Sequence record: SRR20825010_2423
DNA length: 20,000 bases
Reading direction: 5' to 3' (one strand)
Part shown: positions 8,977 to 17,627 of the stretch, in pieces
Layout of the letters: each line of letters opens with the position of its first letter
Position numbering within the stretch: position 1 is the stretch's first letter
Notes under the pieces: generated by a model
What the model was told of the DNA's origin: nothing
The model's input: only the letters and a program-made list of their open reading frames with translations
Database searches by the model: none
Position numbers and translations under genes: made by a program

Positions 8977-9064
8977 CGCTCCCCATTTCGTGCCCTTCCT
9001 CACTCTTTGTGCCTTGCCAACTTGATAGACTTCTGGCTCACGCTTCTGGAACGTTTTATCTGGC

Positions 9065-11278
9065 ATGGACAACCCTATGTTTCACCTAGCTGCACGGACC
9101 TTCACCGCTGTATTCACTCTTTCCACTGTTACGTTGATGATCGGCTGTGACGGTAGTGGCGACGCGAACGACGACGTGGCAGGCCGGGGAAACAGCTTCC
9201 CGCCGACAAAAAACGCGATCGATGACTTCACGCCCGGCTCAACCGGCGATTCCAACAATGCGTCCGGCCTGGCCAAAGATGAAGTACGGATTACCATGGA
9301 GGTGCCGGAATCCGTTGCACCAGGTGGTGAGTTGACGCGCCGCAACCTAAGGATTGTGGAGCCCGACACCATTCGGGTTTACCTGACCGATCAGACCCTC
9401 CGCGAGCTCGGCTCCGTAGAGACTCGGTCCCGCCGGGAAGACAGCGGGCGAACCGTCATCCGTTTTGAGAATGGACAACCGATAGGACCCAATGTCGTTA
9501 TCGAAGCCACTTATGGCAACAGCCGCATGCGATCACTGGCGGCCGATGAAGACCGGGACGTGAAAGTGAACCCGTTTTCGGAATACCTCGTGACCAACTC
9601 GCTGGACCTCTACAGCTCAGGCGAGTTCTCCCAGATCATGGACTGTGTGAACGACGTCAATGGCTCACTGTGCTTGAACAAGTACGTCTGGCCCACACTC
9701 GCCGATCAGGTCCATGATTTTGAAATCGATATCCCCGGCAATCTGGATGTCGACGGAGCACTCGACCTGCTAGAGGAACGGGGAGATTTCGCCCGATATG
9801 TGGACGCTATGGCCGATTATGCACTATTGGGAGAAAGCTCCTCCGGCAAGATAGAAGCCAGCGCCGCGAACTACAATTCAGTGTTCTGGGGCGTCGAACT
9901 GGGGCAAACGTTTCTCGAGTCCAGCATTGCCGGCTCCGGCCAATGGGGCGTGCGGATCGCCCGCGAGGAAACCACAACCGACCAGAACGGTACCGGCTAT
10001 GTTTACCCGGGCATGACGTTAACCTCCCTCGACGCCTTCAATATTCGAGTCACCAACCTGGCCAGCGATATCCCCTATGATCGCCGGGCCCTGATACATG
10101 CCGATGGCAACGAGTTCTTCGACCGCCCGGCCTGGGACCTGAATACCCACTCATCCTCGCCTGGCGCAGCCACCGTGGAGGACGAAACCCGCCTGCTGGC
10201 CGGCCGCGCCCTTTACCAGAGCATCACCGGCCGTGGTAGCTCCCGGATCATCGGCTGGACCCGCAACCCCTATTTCATGAGCGCATACGTCGGTGGCGGC
10301 ACCGAACAGCCCGATCGAGTCCTTAGTGGGTATTTCAGCGCCGGGAAAGCGATTGAACTTCGCTCGGAGAGCGGTGAATTGAAGCGCGAGCGGACACTGG
10401 AAGATCACTACCTGTCCGTGTTTGAACTGAACCTGCTCAGGAAAGAAGGATTCGAGCGCCAGAAACTGGATGGCCGCAACTACAACGTGGCTTACCTGTC
10501 CACCCGCATGGGCGATGAGAACCAGCCCTTCGTGGTAGAAGCCGGCGTGGGAAACTGGCAGATCAGTGGCCCATCCGTCACCCAGACCATGGCGACCACC
10601 TCCCTGCGCAGGGACAACACGGGGAACGTCACTGTTTCTGTGCCGGCAGACAACCCCGGCCAGCGGGACGCCAACTGGGTCATCAGTGAGCGTCAGTCCC
10701 GGGTTTACGACCCAAACAGTGGAAACCGTATCGTCAGTAACGGGCGCCTGAATCTGGACCGCGACAGTGCCTCCGGCCTGGATGAGAAGCCGGATATCGC
10801 CGTCGGCGCATCAACGCCGAACGGTTCGCTGATGGCCTTCAACCTGGACACCAATGCTATTGGTGATGGAATTCTGGTGGCTGCCGAGCAGGCCAATGCC
10901 TCTCCACCCAGCCAGGGGCGCTACCGCCTTCAGGGCGTGGGGGTGGGAATGGAGCAGGCCAGCAACCGGCTGATGCATTTCGATAACGCCCTGCTGGTGA
11001 TTGAATCTTCCGGCAGCGCCCGTCTGGAGGGCCGGACGCTCGAGGTTGTCCATCAAGTCAATGCCGAATCGGTCTCCACTCCGCAGGCACAGTCACCCGG
11101 AACGGTATCCCTGGCGTACACGGCCAGCAACACCGGGGCTGCAACGTTTAGTGCGGGCAGCCTGACGCTGGACGGCTTTTTCACCAGCGATCAGGATCAG
11201 TTTTTCCTGCAACTCAGGCAGACAGAGGGCCAGGAAGAGGTGCTGGGGTTGCTCATGGCGACACGCCTGCCAGAATAG
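9065..11278 (+). CDS. Large lipoprotein of unknown function (beta-rich, probably multi-domain)
   Basis: 737-aa ORF. Signal region ends in a lipobox-like MIG-C followed by an acidic Gly/Ser/Asp linker (CDGSGDANDD). No recognisable catalytic motif. The start may be ATG 9077. Confidence 0.8.
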   Translation: MDNPMFHLAARTFTAVFTLSTVTLMIGCDGSGDANDDVAGRGNSFPPTKNAIDDFTPGSTGDSNNASGLAKDEVRITMEVPESVAPGGELTRRNLRIVEPDTIRVYLTDQTLRELGSVETRSRREDSGRTVIRFENGQPIGPNVVIEATYGNSRMRSLAADEDRDVKVNPFSEYLVTNSLDLYSSGEFSQIMDCVNDVNGSLCLNKYVWPTLADQVHDFEIDIPGNLDVDGALDLLEERGDFARYVDAMADYALLGESSSGKIEASAANYNSVFWGVELGQTFLESSIAGSGQWGVRIAREETTTDQNGTGYVYPGMTLTSLDAFNIRVTNLASDIPYDRRALIHADGNEFFDRPAWDLNTHSSSPGAATVEDETRLLAGRALYQSITGRGSSRIIGWTRNPYFMSAYVGGGTEQPDRVLSGYFSAGKAIELRSESGELKRERTLEDHYLSVFELNLLRKEGFERQKLDGRNYNVAYLSTRMGDENQPFVVEAGVGNWQISGPSVTQTMATTSLRRDNTGNVTVSVPADNPGQRDANWVISERQSRVYDPNSGNRIVSNGRLNLDRDSASGLDEKPDIAVGASTPNGSLMAFNLDTNAIGDGILVAAEQANASPPSQGRYRLQGVGVGMEQASNRLMHFDNALLVIESSGSARLEGRTLEVVHQVNAESVSTPQAQSPGTVSLAYTASNTGAATFSAGSLTLDGFFTSDQDQFFLQLRQTEGQEEVLGLLMATRLPE

Positions 11279-11316
11279 CGGGGAGCAAACCACCCGGGCG
11301 ACGTTGGCGTATAACC

Positions 11317-11325
11317 TGTTATAAT
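11317..11325 (+). promoter_or_regulatory. Extended -10 promoter for the glucosaminidase gene
   Basis: TGTTATAAT is a perfect TGn-TATAAT. GAGAGG Shine-Dalgarno precedes ATG 11357. Confidence 0.6.
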
Positions 11326-11356
11326 TGCTGTCATATCGATTGTAACGAGAGGTTTT

Positions 11357-12283
11357 ATGTCTTCTGGTATCCGGGCACTGTGGTTGATAGTTCCGCTGAT
11401 GGTTTTTGGTTTGTGGGGCATACTGCACACTCCTGACCCAGACCACGACCGCGACGCCGAGGACTCGGATGTCGCCCTGGCCAAACTGCCCTCACTCCCT
11501 GGTTGGTCACGAGCGGACTTGCCGGATTTCTCCGCCTACCGTGATACCACCGAGAAGAAAGCCGCGTTTTTCTCGTTCCTGTATCCACGTATCGTGCTGG
11601 CAAACTCCCGTATTCTGATCGAGCGTGATTACCTCGACAGCCTGGCCGGCAAGGACGAACTCAGCAAATCGGAACTTTCCTGGTTGAAAAGCCAGGCCGA
11701 GCGCTTGAGGGTTGATGAAGAACCCGGCAGCGAAACCATGTTCCGACGCCTGAAAAACCGCCTCGATGTGATTCCGCCCTCGCTGGTGCTGGCTCAGGCC
11801 GCCAATGAATCCGCTTGGGGCACCTCCCGTTTTGCACGTAGAGGCAACAACCTGTTCGGACAATGGTGTTTCTCGCAGGGCTGCGGTCTGGTGCCCCGGG
11901 GGCGAGTTGAGGGTGCCAGTCATGAAGTGGCAAGCTTCTCCTCGCCTTACCGATCTGTGCGTTCGTACATTCAGAACCTGAATCGCCATCCAACCTACCA
12001 GTTGCTCAGGGACATTCGCCTGAAAGCCCGTAATCGTGATGATATCGCCAGTGGTCCAAGCCTTGCTGCCGGTTTGCTGGGGTATTCCGAGCGCGGTGAA
12101 GATTATGTGGAGGAGATTAGAAACATGATCCGCCACAACAACCTGGATTATTATGATGACGACTTCCAAGCTATTGTTCAGGGGGCTAACTCCCAGGAAC
12201 TCTTGGAGTTGGCTGCGGCAAAACAGGAGCAGGCACTGTTGCCCGGTGCCACCACCGCTGACGAAACCAGTAGCGAAGGCTGA
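11357..12283 (+). CDS. Bax-like glucosaminidase-domain (GH73-type) protein, N-terminally membrane anchored
   Basis: N-terminal TM helix, EKKAAFF, IPPSLVLAQAANESAWGTSRFARRGNNLFG, YIQNLNRHPTY and GLLGYSERG motifs characteristic of Bax/glucosaminidase proteins. Confidence 0.85.
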   Translation: MSSGIRALWLIVPLMVFGLWGILHTPDPDHDRDAEDSDVALAKLPSLPGWSRADLPDFSAYRDTTEKKAAFFSFLYPRIVLANSRILIERDYLDSLAGKDELSKSELSWLKSQAERLRVDEEPGSETMFRRLKNRLDVIPPSLVLAQAANESAWGTSRFARRGNNLFGQWCFSQGCGLVPRGRVEGASHEVASFSSPYRSVRSYIQNLNRHPTYQLLRDIRLKARNRDDIASGPSLAAGLLGYSERGEDYVEEIRNMIRHNNLDYYDDDFQAIVQGANSQELLELAAAKQEQALLPGATTADETSSEG

Positions 12284-12332
12284 CACCGCCATCACACAAC
12301 CAAGCTAAATCGTATTCCGGAGACATCGGTCA

Positions 12333-13229
12333 ATGTCCAGGTTCTTGCCCGCACCCGTCAAAGGCGTGCTCGCAGTGCTTTGTATTGTTCTTAACACCCT
12401 TTGGCTATTCCCGATCCTGATGGTGTTTGCCGTGATCAAGTTGTTGATCCCGACGCCTTCGGTTCGCAAAGGCTGCACCATCGTTCTGAACCGCATCGCG
12501 TGGTTCTGGATTGGCTTCAACAATGTGCTGGCTGACGTACTTCACAACATCGAGTGGGATGTCCGCGGCGCTGAGGGCCTGAGCCGCGAACACTGGTACT
12601 TCGTCACCTGCAACCATCAGAGCTGGGCCGACATTCCGGCCATCCAACACGTATTGAACAGCCGCATCCCGCTATTGAAATTTTTCCTCAAACAGCAATT
12701 GATCTGGGTACCCTTGCTGGGCGTGGCCTGGTGGGCGCTGGACTTCCCCTTCATGCGACGCCACACCAAGGAGCAGATAGCCCGGCGTCCGGAATTGAAG
12801 GGCAAGGACGTGGAAGCCACTCGAGCCGCCTGTGAGAAGTTCCGGTATACACCGGTGACCATTTTCAACTTCATGGAAGGTACACGGCTCACACCGGCCA
12901 AACACCAGAGTCAGAATTCGCCCCACAAACACCTGCTAAGGCCTCGCGCAGGCGGTACGGCCTTTGTACTGGAAGCCATGGGCGAGTCCCTGCACACCAT
13001 GCTGGATGTGACCATCGTATATCCGGACGGCAAGTCCGGCATTTGGGATTACCTGTGCGGGCGGATCCAACGGATTGTGGTTGATATTCGAACGCGAGAA
13101 ATTCCACACCGTTTCCTGGGCATGGACTACGAAAACAACCGTGAAATACGGGCGGACTTCCAGCGTTGGGTAAGCCAGGTATGGGAAGAAAAGGACGCTC
13201 TTATAGACGAGCTGAAGCAGACTGGCTGA
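12333..13229 (+). CDS. yihG: PlsC-family acyltransferase, YihG-like
   Basis: NHQSWADI (HX4D), FFLKQQLIWVPLLG, WWALDFPFMRR, FMEGTR and HLLRPRAGG motifs. Confidence 0.85.
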   Translation: MSRFLPAPVKGVLAVLCIVLNTLWLFPILMVFAVIKLLIPTPSVRKGCTIVLNRIAWFWIGFNNVLADVLHNIEWDVRGAEGLSREHWYFVTCNHQSWADIPAIQHVLNSRIPLLKFFLKQQLIWVPLLGVAWWALDFPFMRRHTKEQIARRPELKGKDVEATRAACEKFRYTPVTIFNFMEGTRLTPAKHQSQNSPHKHLLRPRAGGTAFVLEAMGESLHTMLDVTIVYPDGKSGIWDYLCGRIQRIVVDIRTREIPHRFLGMDYENNREIRADFQRWVSQVWEEKDALIDELKQTG

Positions 13230-13246
13230 ACGTTACAGTGCTTTCA

Positions 13247-15943
13247 CTACAGCAACCCCAGTTCACGGGCGCGGACGATGGCCTGCGTGCGTGACTTCAC
13301 CTCGAGCTTGGCGTTGATACGACGAGCATGGGTTTTGACCGTGTGCAACGAGATGTGAAGGCGGTCGGCAATGTCCTGGTTCGACAACCCCTGGGCAATC
13401 AACTCAAGCACTCCCTGCTCCCGGTCGCTGATAGGCTCAGCCAGAGACGCGTGCTCTTTCATGTCGGTGAGACCGTAAAGCCTCCCTATCGCGTCGACAA
13501 ATGGCGCATCTGGCAGCTGGGTCCAGGTTTTCTCAAGCAGTTCCTGAAGTTCTCCCCTCAGCTCCGCGAAGGGGCTGATGTAGTGCTCTTCTCCTGCCAT
13601 GGCTATAGTGGCGGTCAGTATTTTCTGGGCAGCGGAAGGGCCTTTCTGGCGCCAGCTAAGGACACTTTCCAGCAGCCTGGAATATAAGTCCAAACCGAAA
13701 GGCAATGTCTCCCCGCCGTTGTCCCGAATGTTCCGGACGGTTTCAGCAGCCTTGATGTCATCACCCCGCGCCAGTTCGATCCTCGCCTGCAGGCATTGCA
13801 GCATGCCAGGCATCATTGGGAACATTTCCGGCACGCAATTCACCTCCCGCCATGGCTTGAGCCGTTCCATAGCCTGTGCCGCCGTGTCCGTCTGACCCAG
13901 AGCCAGCCAGCCGCTGATTTTCAGAGCCTCAAGCACAGGCACATAGACGGACTCGTCGACCTGCCACGACTGCATTGTTCGCTCGGCACGACCAATCCAG
14001 GCAAACGCATCGTCCATCCGATTCTGGGTGCGGCAAATCAACACCCTCAGCGCCATGGCCAGCAGCAACCCAAGATCGCGGGTTTGCTCAGCATGGCGAA
14101 CACAGGTCACCAACAGCCGGTCTGCTTCCGCCTGTCGTCCCTGGTGCCAAAGCACCATCACCAGATTTAGCTGTAGGCGTGTTTCGCCAACACGTGCGGG
14201 CCGCGATGACTCGTTCATGGCGGTATCCAGACCAGTGCGCAGCAGTTGCTCTGCGTGTTTCAACGACCCCTTGCCAAGCTCGATCCGTGCGTGGGCATAG
14301 ACTGCCAGAACTTCCGAACCAGCGTCTCCAGCCTCTCGAGCCAGCCTTGCGGCAATGCGATTGGCCTCCCGGGCATCGCCAAACCTGCCAGCGGCGCATA
14401 GCGCACTGGAACGAACCAGCTGCGTCACCAGCTGGCCCTGAGTAGACAACTCCTCCGCCTGCAGGGCTCTGTCTGCGACCATCAGGGCCTCATCAACACT
14501 GCCCTCGCCGCGGAGAATAAAGGCTCTGAGCGCATCGACCCGGCCAGCAAGTTCGGGACGCTCGCCATTATCGAGATCGTTGATCAACATTCTTGCCTGC
14601 CTGAACTGACCACCGATGGCATGGACCCAACCGTAGACAATCTTCAGACGCGCGCTTTTCTCCAGCAGCCCCGACGGCAACGACCGGCGAAGCCGAAGCA
14701 AAGACGCGGTATCCTGGCCAATCAACAAAGCCTCTGAGCCTTCAGAGGCTATCCGGACCGATTCCTCAAGACTACCGCTCACCAGCGCATAACGCAGCGC
14801 CTCGGGAAACTGATGACGGTCACTAAACCAGCGGCTGGCTTTCAGGGCACGCTCCTGCGACTCATCGAGGGCCGGTGTCTGTAACCAGTCGTGCAGCAAA
14901 GGGTTCAGGCGGAACCAGCGCCCACGCCCCGGCAATGGACGCAGCGGGATACCGCTTTCCGAAGCCGCAGAGGGTCGAAAGGCATGATCACACCCAGCAT
15001 CAGCCAATGACAGGAACAGTTCGTCCGAGACGATCTCCATTTCCGCCATGATTCTCAGAGAACGCTGTTGACCAGGCGTTAAATGAATCAGCACAGCATC
15101 CCTGAGAAAACGCTCAACACTGAAGGTTTCCTGTATCGGCAATCGGGATTCCGGCGCGGAGTCCAGTTCCCGCTGGTACAACCCCAAAGGCGTAATCCAT
15201 CCCTCAGTCAACGAAAACAGATGCTCCACAGCAACCGTGGTCAGTTGATTACGGTCGATCGCAGCGCAGAAGAACTCGAACGTTTCCAGCCGTGTCAGTT
15301 CAAGGGAATCCGCGCCGATTCTATTGAATCGGCCTTCCAGTTCGAATGTGTGGGTCTCAAATGGCAGCGGCTTTCTGGACACCATCACCAGCGCCAGACC
15401 AGAAGGGATGTTCTCAACCAGCTGCTGAAGCAAGGCGATGGCTGCCGGATTGGCGACGGTGCCAACGTTATCAATCACGAGCACACTGTCGCGGTCCGAG
15501 TCGCTCCAGTGAGCATCGGACAATAGTAGGGCAAGCGCATCCGTATTGCTGGAAGCTTTCTGTTGCCCTGACGGTCGCGAGGTGGCACCGGGCGGTGTCA
15601 ACGCGATTTCAAGCAAGGCCAACAGTCGCCCGGCATCATTTTCCTGCCCGGTCAAAGCCAGCCATCGGAGGGTGTCGGGGCTACGGGAGGTTTCACGGAA
15701 CGCCGCACTCAGGGCATGAGTTTTGCCATAACCGGAAGGCGCCTCAAGCAACAGAACCGAGCCCGGTGTTATTGCCGCGGTCAGTTTTTCGGTTAGCGCT
15801 GGCCTTTTGAGGTAATTCGGAACGGGCTCCGGCATCCGTACTCGCTGGCGCAACAAATCCCTGATCAACTCGCCACGATGAGTACCGCCTAATGTTGACT
15901 GGAACTCATCGTTGGCCGCACGGCCATCATCGAATGGTTTCAC
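13247..15943 (-). CDS. MalT-like (STAND/LAL) ATP-dependent LuxR-family transcriptional regulator
   Basis: N-terminal RPAL, Walker A APSGYGKT, Walker B-like VLVIDN, LTEGW motif, helical TPR-like centre, C-terminal LuxR HTH (ISDREQGVLELIAQGLSNQDIADRLHISLHTVKTH). 898 aa with a GTG start. Confidence 0.92.
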   Translation of the reverse strand: MKPFDDGRAANDEFQSTLGGTHRGELIRDLLRQRVRMPEPVPNYLKRPALTEKLTAAITPGSVLLLEAPSGYGKTHALSAAFRETSRSPDTLRWLALTGQENDAGRLLALLEIALTPPGATSRPSGQQKASSNTDALALLLSDAHWSDSDRDSVLVIDNVGTVANPAAIALLQQLVENIPSGLALVMVSRKPLPFETHTFELEGRFNRIGADSLELTRLETFEFFCAAIDRNQLTTVAVEHLFSLTEGWITPLGLYQRELDSAPESRLPIQETFSVERFLRDAVLIHLTPGQQRSLRIMAEMEIVSDELFLSLADAGCDHAFRPSAASESGIPLRPLPGRGRWFRLNPLLHDWLQTPALDESQERALKASRWFSDRHQFPEALRYALVSGSLEESVRIASEGSEALLIGQDTASLLRLRRSLPSGLLEKSARLKIVYGWVHAIGGQFRQARMLINDLDNGERPELAGRVDALRAFILRGEGSVDEALMVADRALQAEELSTQGQLVTQLVRSSALCAAGRFGDAREANRIAARLAREAGDAGSEVLAVYAHARIELGKGSLKHAEQLLRTGLDTAMNESSRPARVGETRLQLNLVMVLWHQGRQAEADRLLVTCVRHAEQTRDLGLLLAMALRVLICRTQNRMDDAFAWIGRAERTMQSWQVDESVYVPVLEALKISGWLALGQTDTAAQAMERLKPWREVNCVPEMFPMMPGMLQCLQARIELARGDDIKAAETVRNIRDNGGETLPFGLDLYSRLLESVLSWRQKGPSAAQKILTATIAMAGEEHYISPFAELRGELQELLEKTWTQLPDAPFVDAIGRLYGLTDMKEHASLAEPISDREQGVLELIAQGLSNQDIADRLHISLHTVKTHARRINAKLEVKSRTQAIVRARELGLL

Positions 15944-16164
15944 TCTTTGCCCCGTTGAAAGCCCGGAATCTATGAGCCCGATGGGCCCTTATCCGGCAAA
16001 TGTGATCTCTGCTTTGTCGTTGCTGCGGCGCCCTGCATCGGGTACGCCTTTAGTATTAGTAGGGAGAGGTTAAACCAAATCAGGGGTAGGCTGCAAAAAT
16101 TTGACGGGAAGATAACGAAATACCGGCAAATTCCCAACATTCGAGGAAATTCAAGGACTTTAAC

Positions 16165-16197
16165 AAAAAAGCGGCGGACCCAAGGGTCCACCGCTTT
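16165..16197 (-). terminator. Rho-independent terminator of the DUF1302-DUF1329 transcript
   Basis: Minus strand GCGGTGGACC-CTTG-GGTCCGCCGC followed by TTTTTT, about 35 nt after the DUF1329 stop. Confidence 0.85.
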
Positions 16198-16232
16198 CCA
16201 GTCAGCCGGGATTGCTCCCGGACAACGGTGAC

Positions 16233-17594
16233 TTACCGCGTACCTGCACGACGCAGAGCAGCGGGGGTGTAGTCACGTGACATGCGATCAACCCCAAACT
16301 CGTAAGGGTTGGATTCTTCGTTGGTCAAACCCAGAACCAGATACCGTCCAGACAACAGGTCGTACAGGGTTTCAATGGCGTACCAGGGAACGATCTGATC
16401 GTAGAACTGCATGCTGTGCGCTTCTGCCACACGCCACAGTTCTCCGCGACCATCGTAGTGATCGATTACCGCCGCCTGCCAGGAGTCTTCATCGATATAG
16501 AAGTCACGCTGGGCGTAGATATGACGCTCACCGTCCTTCAGTGTGGCACGCACGTGCCAGACACGGTGCAGCTCATAGCGGGTCAGATTCTGGTTGATAT
16601 GACCGGCCTTGATGATTTCGTCATAGTCCAGGCTTCGGTCGACCAGCTTGTAGGAGTTGTACGGAATGTACATTTCCTTCTTGCCAACCAGCTCCCAGTT
16701 GTAACGGTCAGGCGCACCGTTGAACATATCAAAGTTGTCGGAGGTACGCATGCCGTCCGCAGCGGTACCCGGGCCGTCATAGGCAACCTGCGGGGCGCGG
16801 CGTACACGACGCTGACCGGCGTTGTATACCCATGCGCGACGCGGTTCCTCAACCTGGTCGATGGTTTCGTGAACCAGCAGTACGTTACCAGCAAGGCGGG
16901 CCGGGGCGGTGATGGCCTGCTTGAAGTAGAACAGTACGTTCGGGTCCTGCCCCGCCTCATAGTCTTCCAGATAGGTTTTCCACGTCAGTTCGTCCTGGAA
17001 TTTCACAACGCTGAAGGCGCCGTCTTCTGTCGGAGTCACCTGCCCTACGTTGCGTTGAACGGAACCACCGCGATAGCGGGTGATGTGGTTCCAGATAACT
17101 TCCAGGCCATTCTGTGGAATCGGGAATGGCGTAGCCGTCTGGTAGTTACCCAGACCATTACCATTCTTGATCAATTCCACACTCGTGGCGTTGTCAACGG
17201 TATCCTTCATGACCTGTTCCGGGTATGCAGCGGAACGGTGTGTCTCGTATACCGGCATCACGTATTCGTCATAACGCTTGATCATTGCGACCTGCCCCGG
17301 GGACAGGTTCTCCGCATACTGGTCAACGTTGCTCTGGTTGATAGTGAACTTTGGCTCCTCGTTCGGGAACGGGTTCACGTAGATACCATCGTTTTTGTAC
17401 CCGGCAGGAGGTGTCGTCAGACCTCCATCCCAGGCCGGAATAGCGCCCCCGTTACCCGCTTTCTCAGCACCCATTGGCGTGAGCGAGTCACCGAGCTTGG
17501 CCGCTTCCTGTGCGGAAACCGCGCCAAAGGCGTTACCCGCAATCAACGTTGCGGACAGAATGCCAGTGACCAGTAGCTTCTTGTTCAGTTTCAT
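16233..17594 (-). CDS. DUF1329-family periplasmic protein (LolA-like / lipoprotein-sorting-like fold)
   Basis: Signal peptide (AFG-A), LGDSLTPMGAEKAGN, IPAWDGG, PFPIPQNGLEVIWNH, RRAWVYNAGQRRVRRAP and YELHRVW motifs typical of DUF1329. Confidence 0.9.
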   Translation of the reverse strand: MKLNKKLLVTGILSATLIAGNAFGAVSAQEAAKLGDSLTPMGAEKAGNGGAIPAWDGGLTTPPAGYKNDGIYVNPFPNEEPKFTINQSNVDQYAENLSPGQVAMIKRYDEYVMPVYETHRSAAYPEQVMKDTVDNATSVELIKNGNGLGNYQTATPFPIPQNGLEVIWNHITRYRGGSVQRNVGQVTPTEDGAFSVVKFQDELTWKTYLEDYEAGQDPNVLFYFKQAITAPARLAGNVLLVHETIDQVEEPRRAWVYNAGQRRVRRAPQVAYDGPGTAADGMRTSDNFDMFNGAPDRYNWELVGKKEMYIPYNSYKLVDRSLDYDEIIKAGHINQNLTRYELHRVWHVRATLKDGERHIYAQRDFYIDEDSWQAAVIDHYDGRGELWRVAEAHSMQFYDQIVPWYAIETLYDLLSGRYLVLGLTNEESNPYEFGVDRMSRDYTPAALRRAGTR

Positions 17595-17627
17595 TTAAAT
17601 TACCTCGTTAAACGAATTCAGGCCGAA

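Noticed and set aside
11507..12295. 262-aa minus-strand ORF
   Set aside because: It is an antisense shadow of the glucosaminidase gene.
15970..16191. 73-aa ORF between DUF1329 and the regulator
   Set aside because: It starts inside the terminator hairpin, has no SD, and covers the likely promoter region of the regulator.
16416..17576. 386-aa plus-strand ORF
   Set aside because: It is an antisense shadow of the DUF1329 gene, expected from strong codon bias, with no recognisable motifs.
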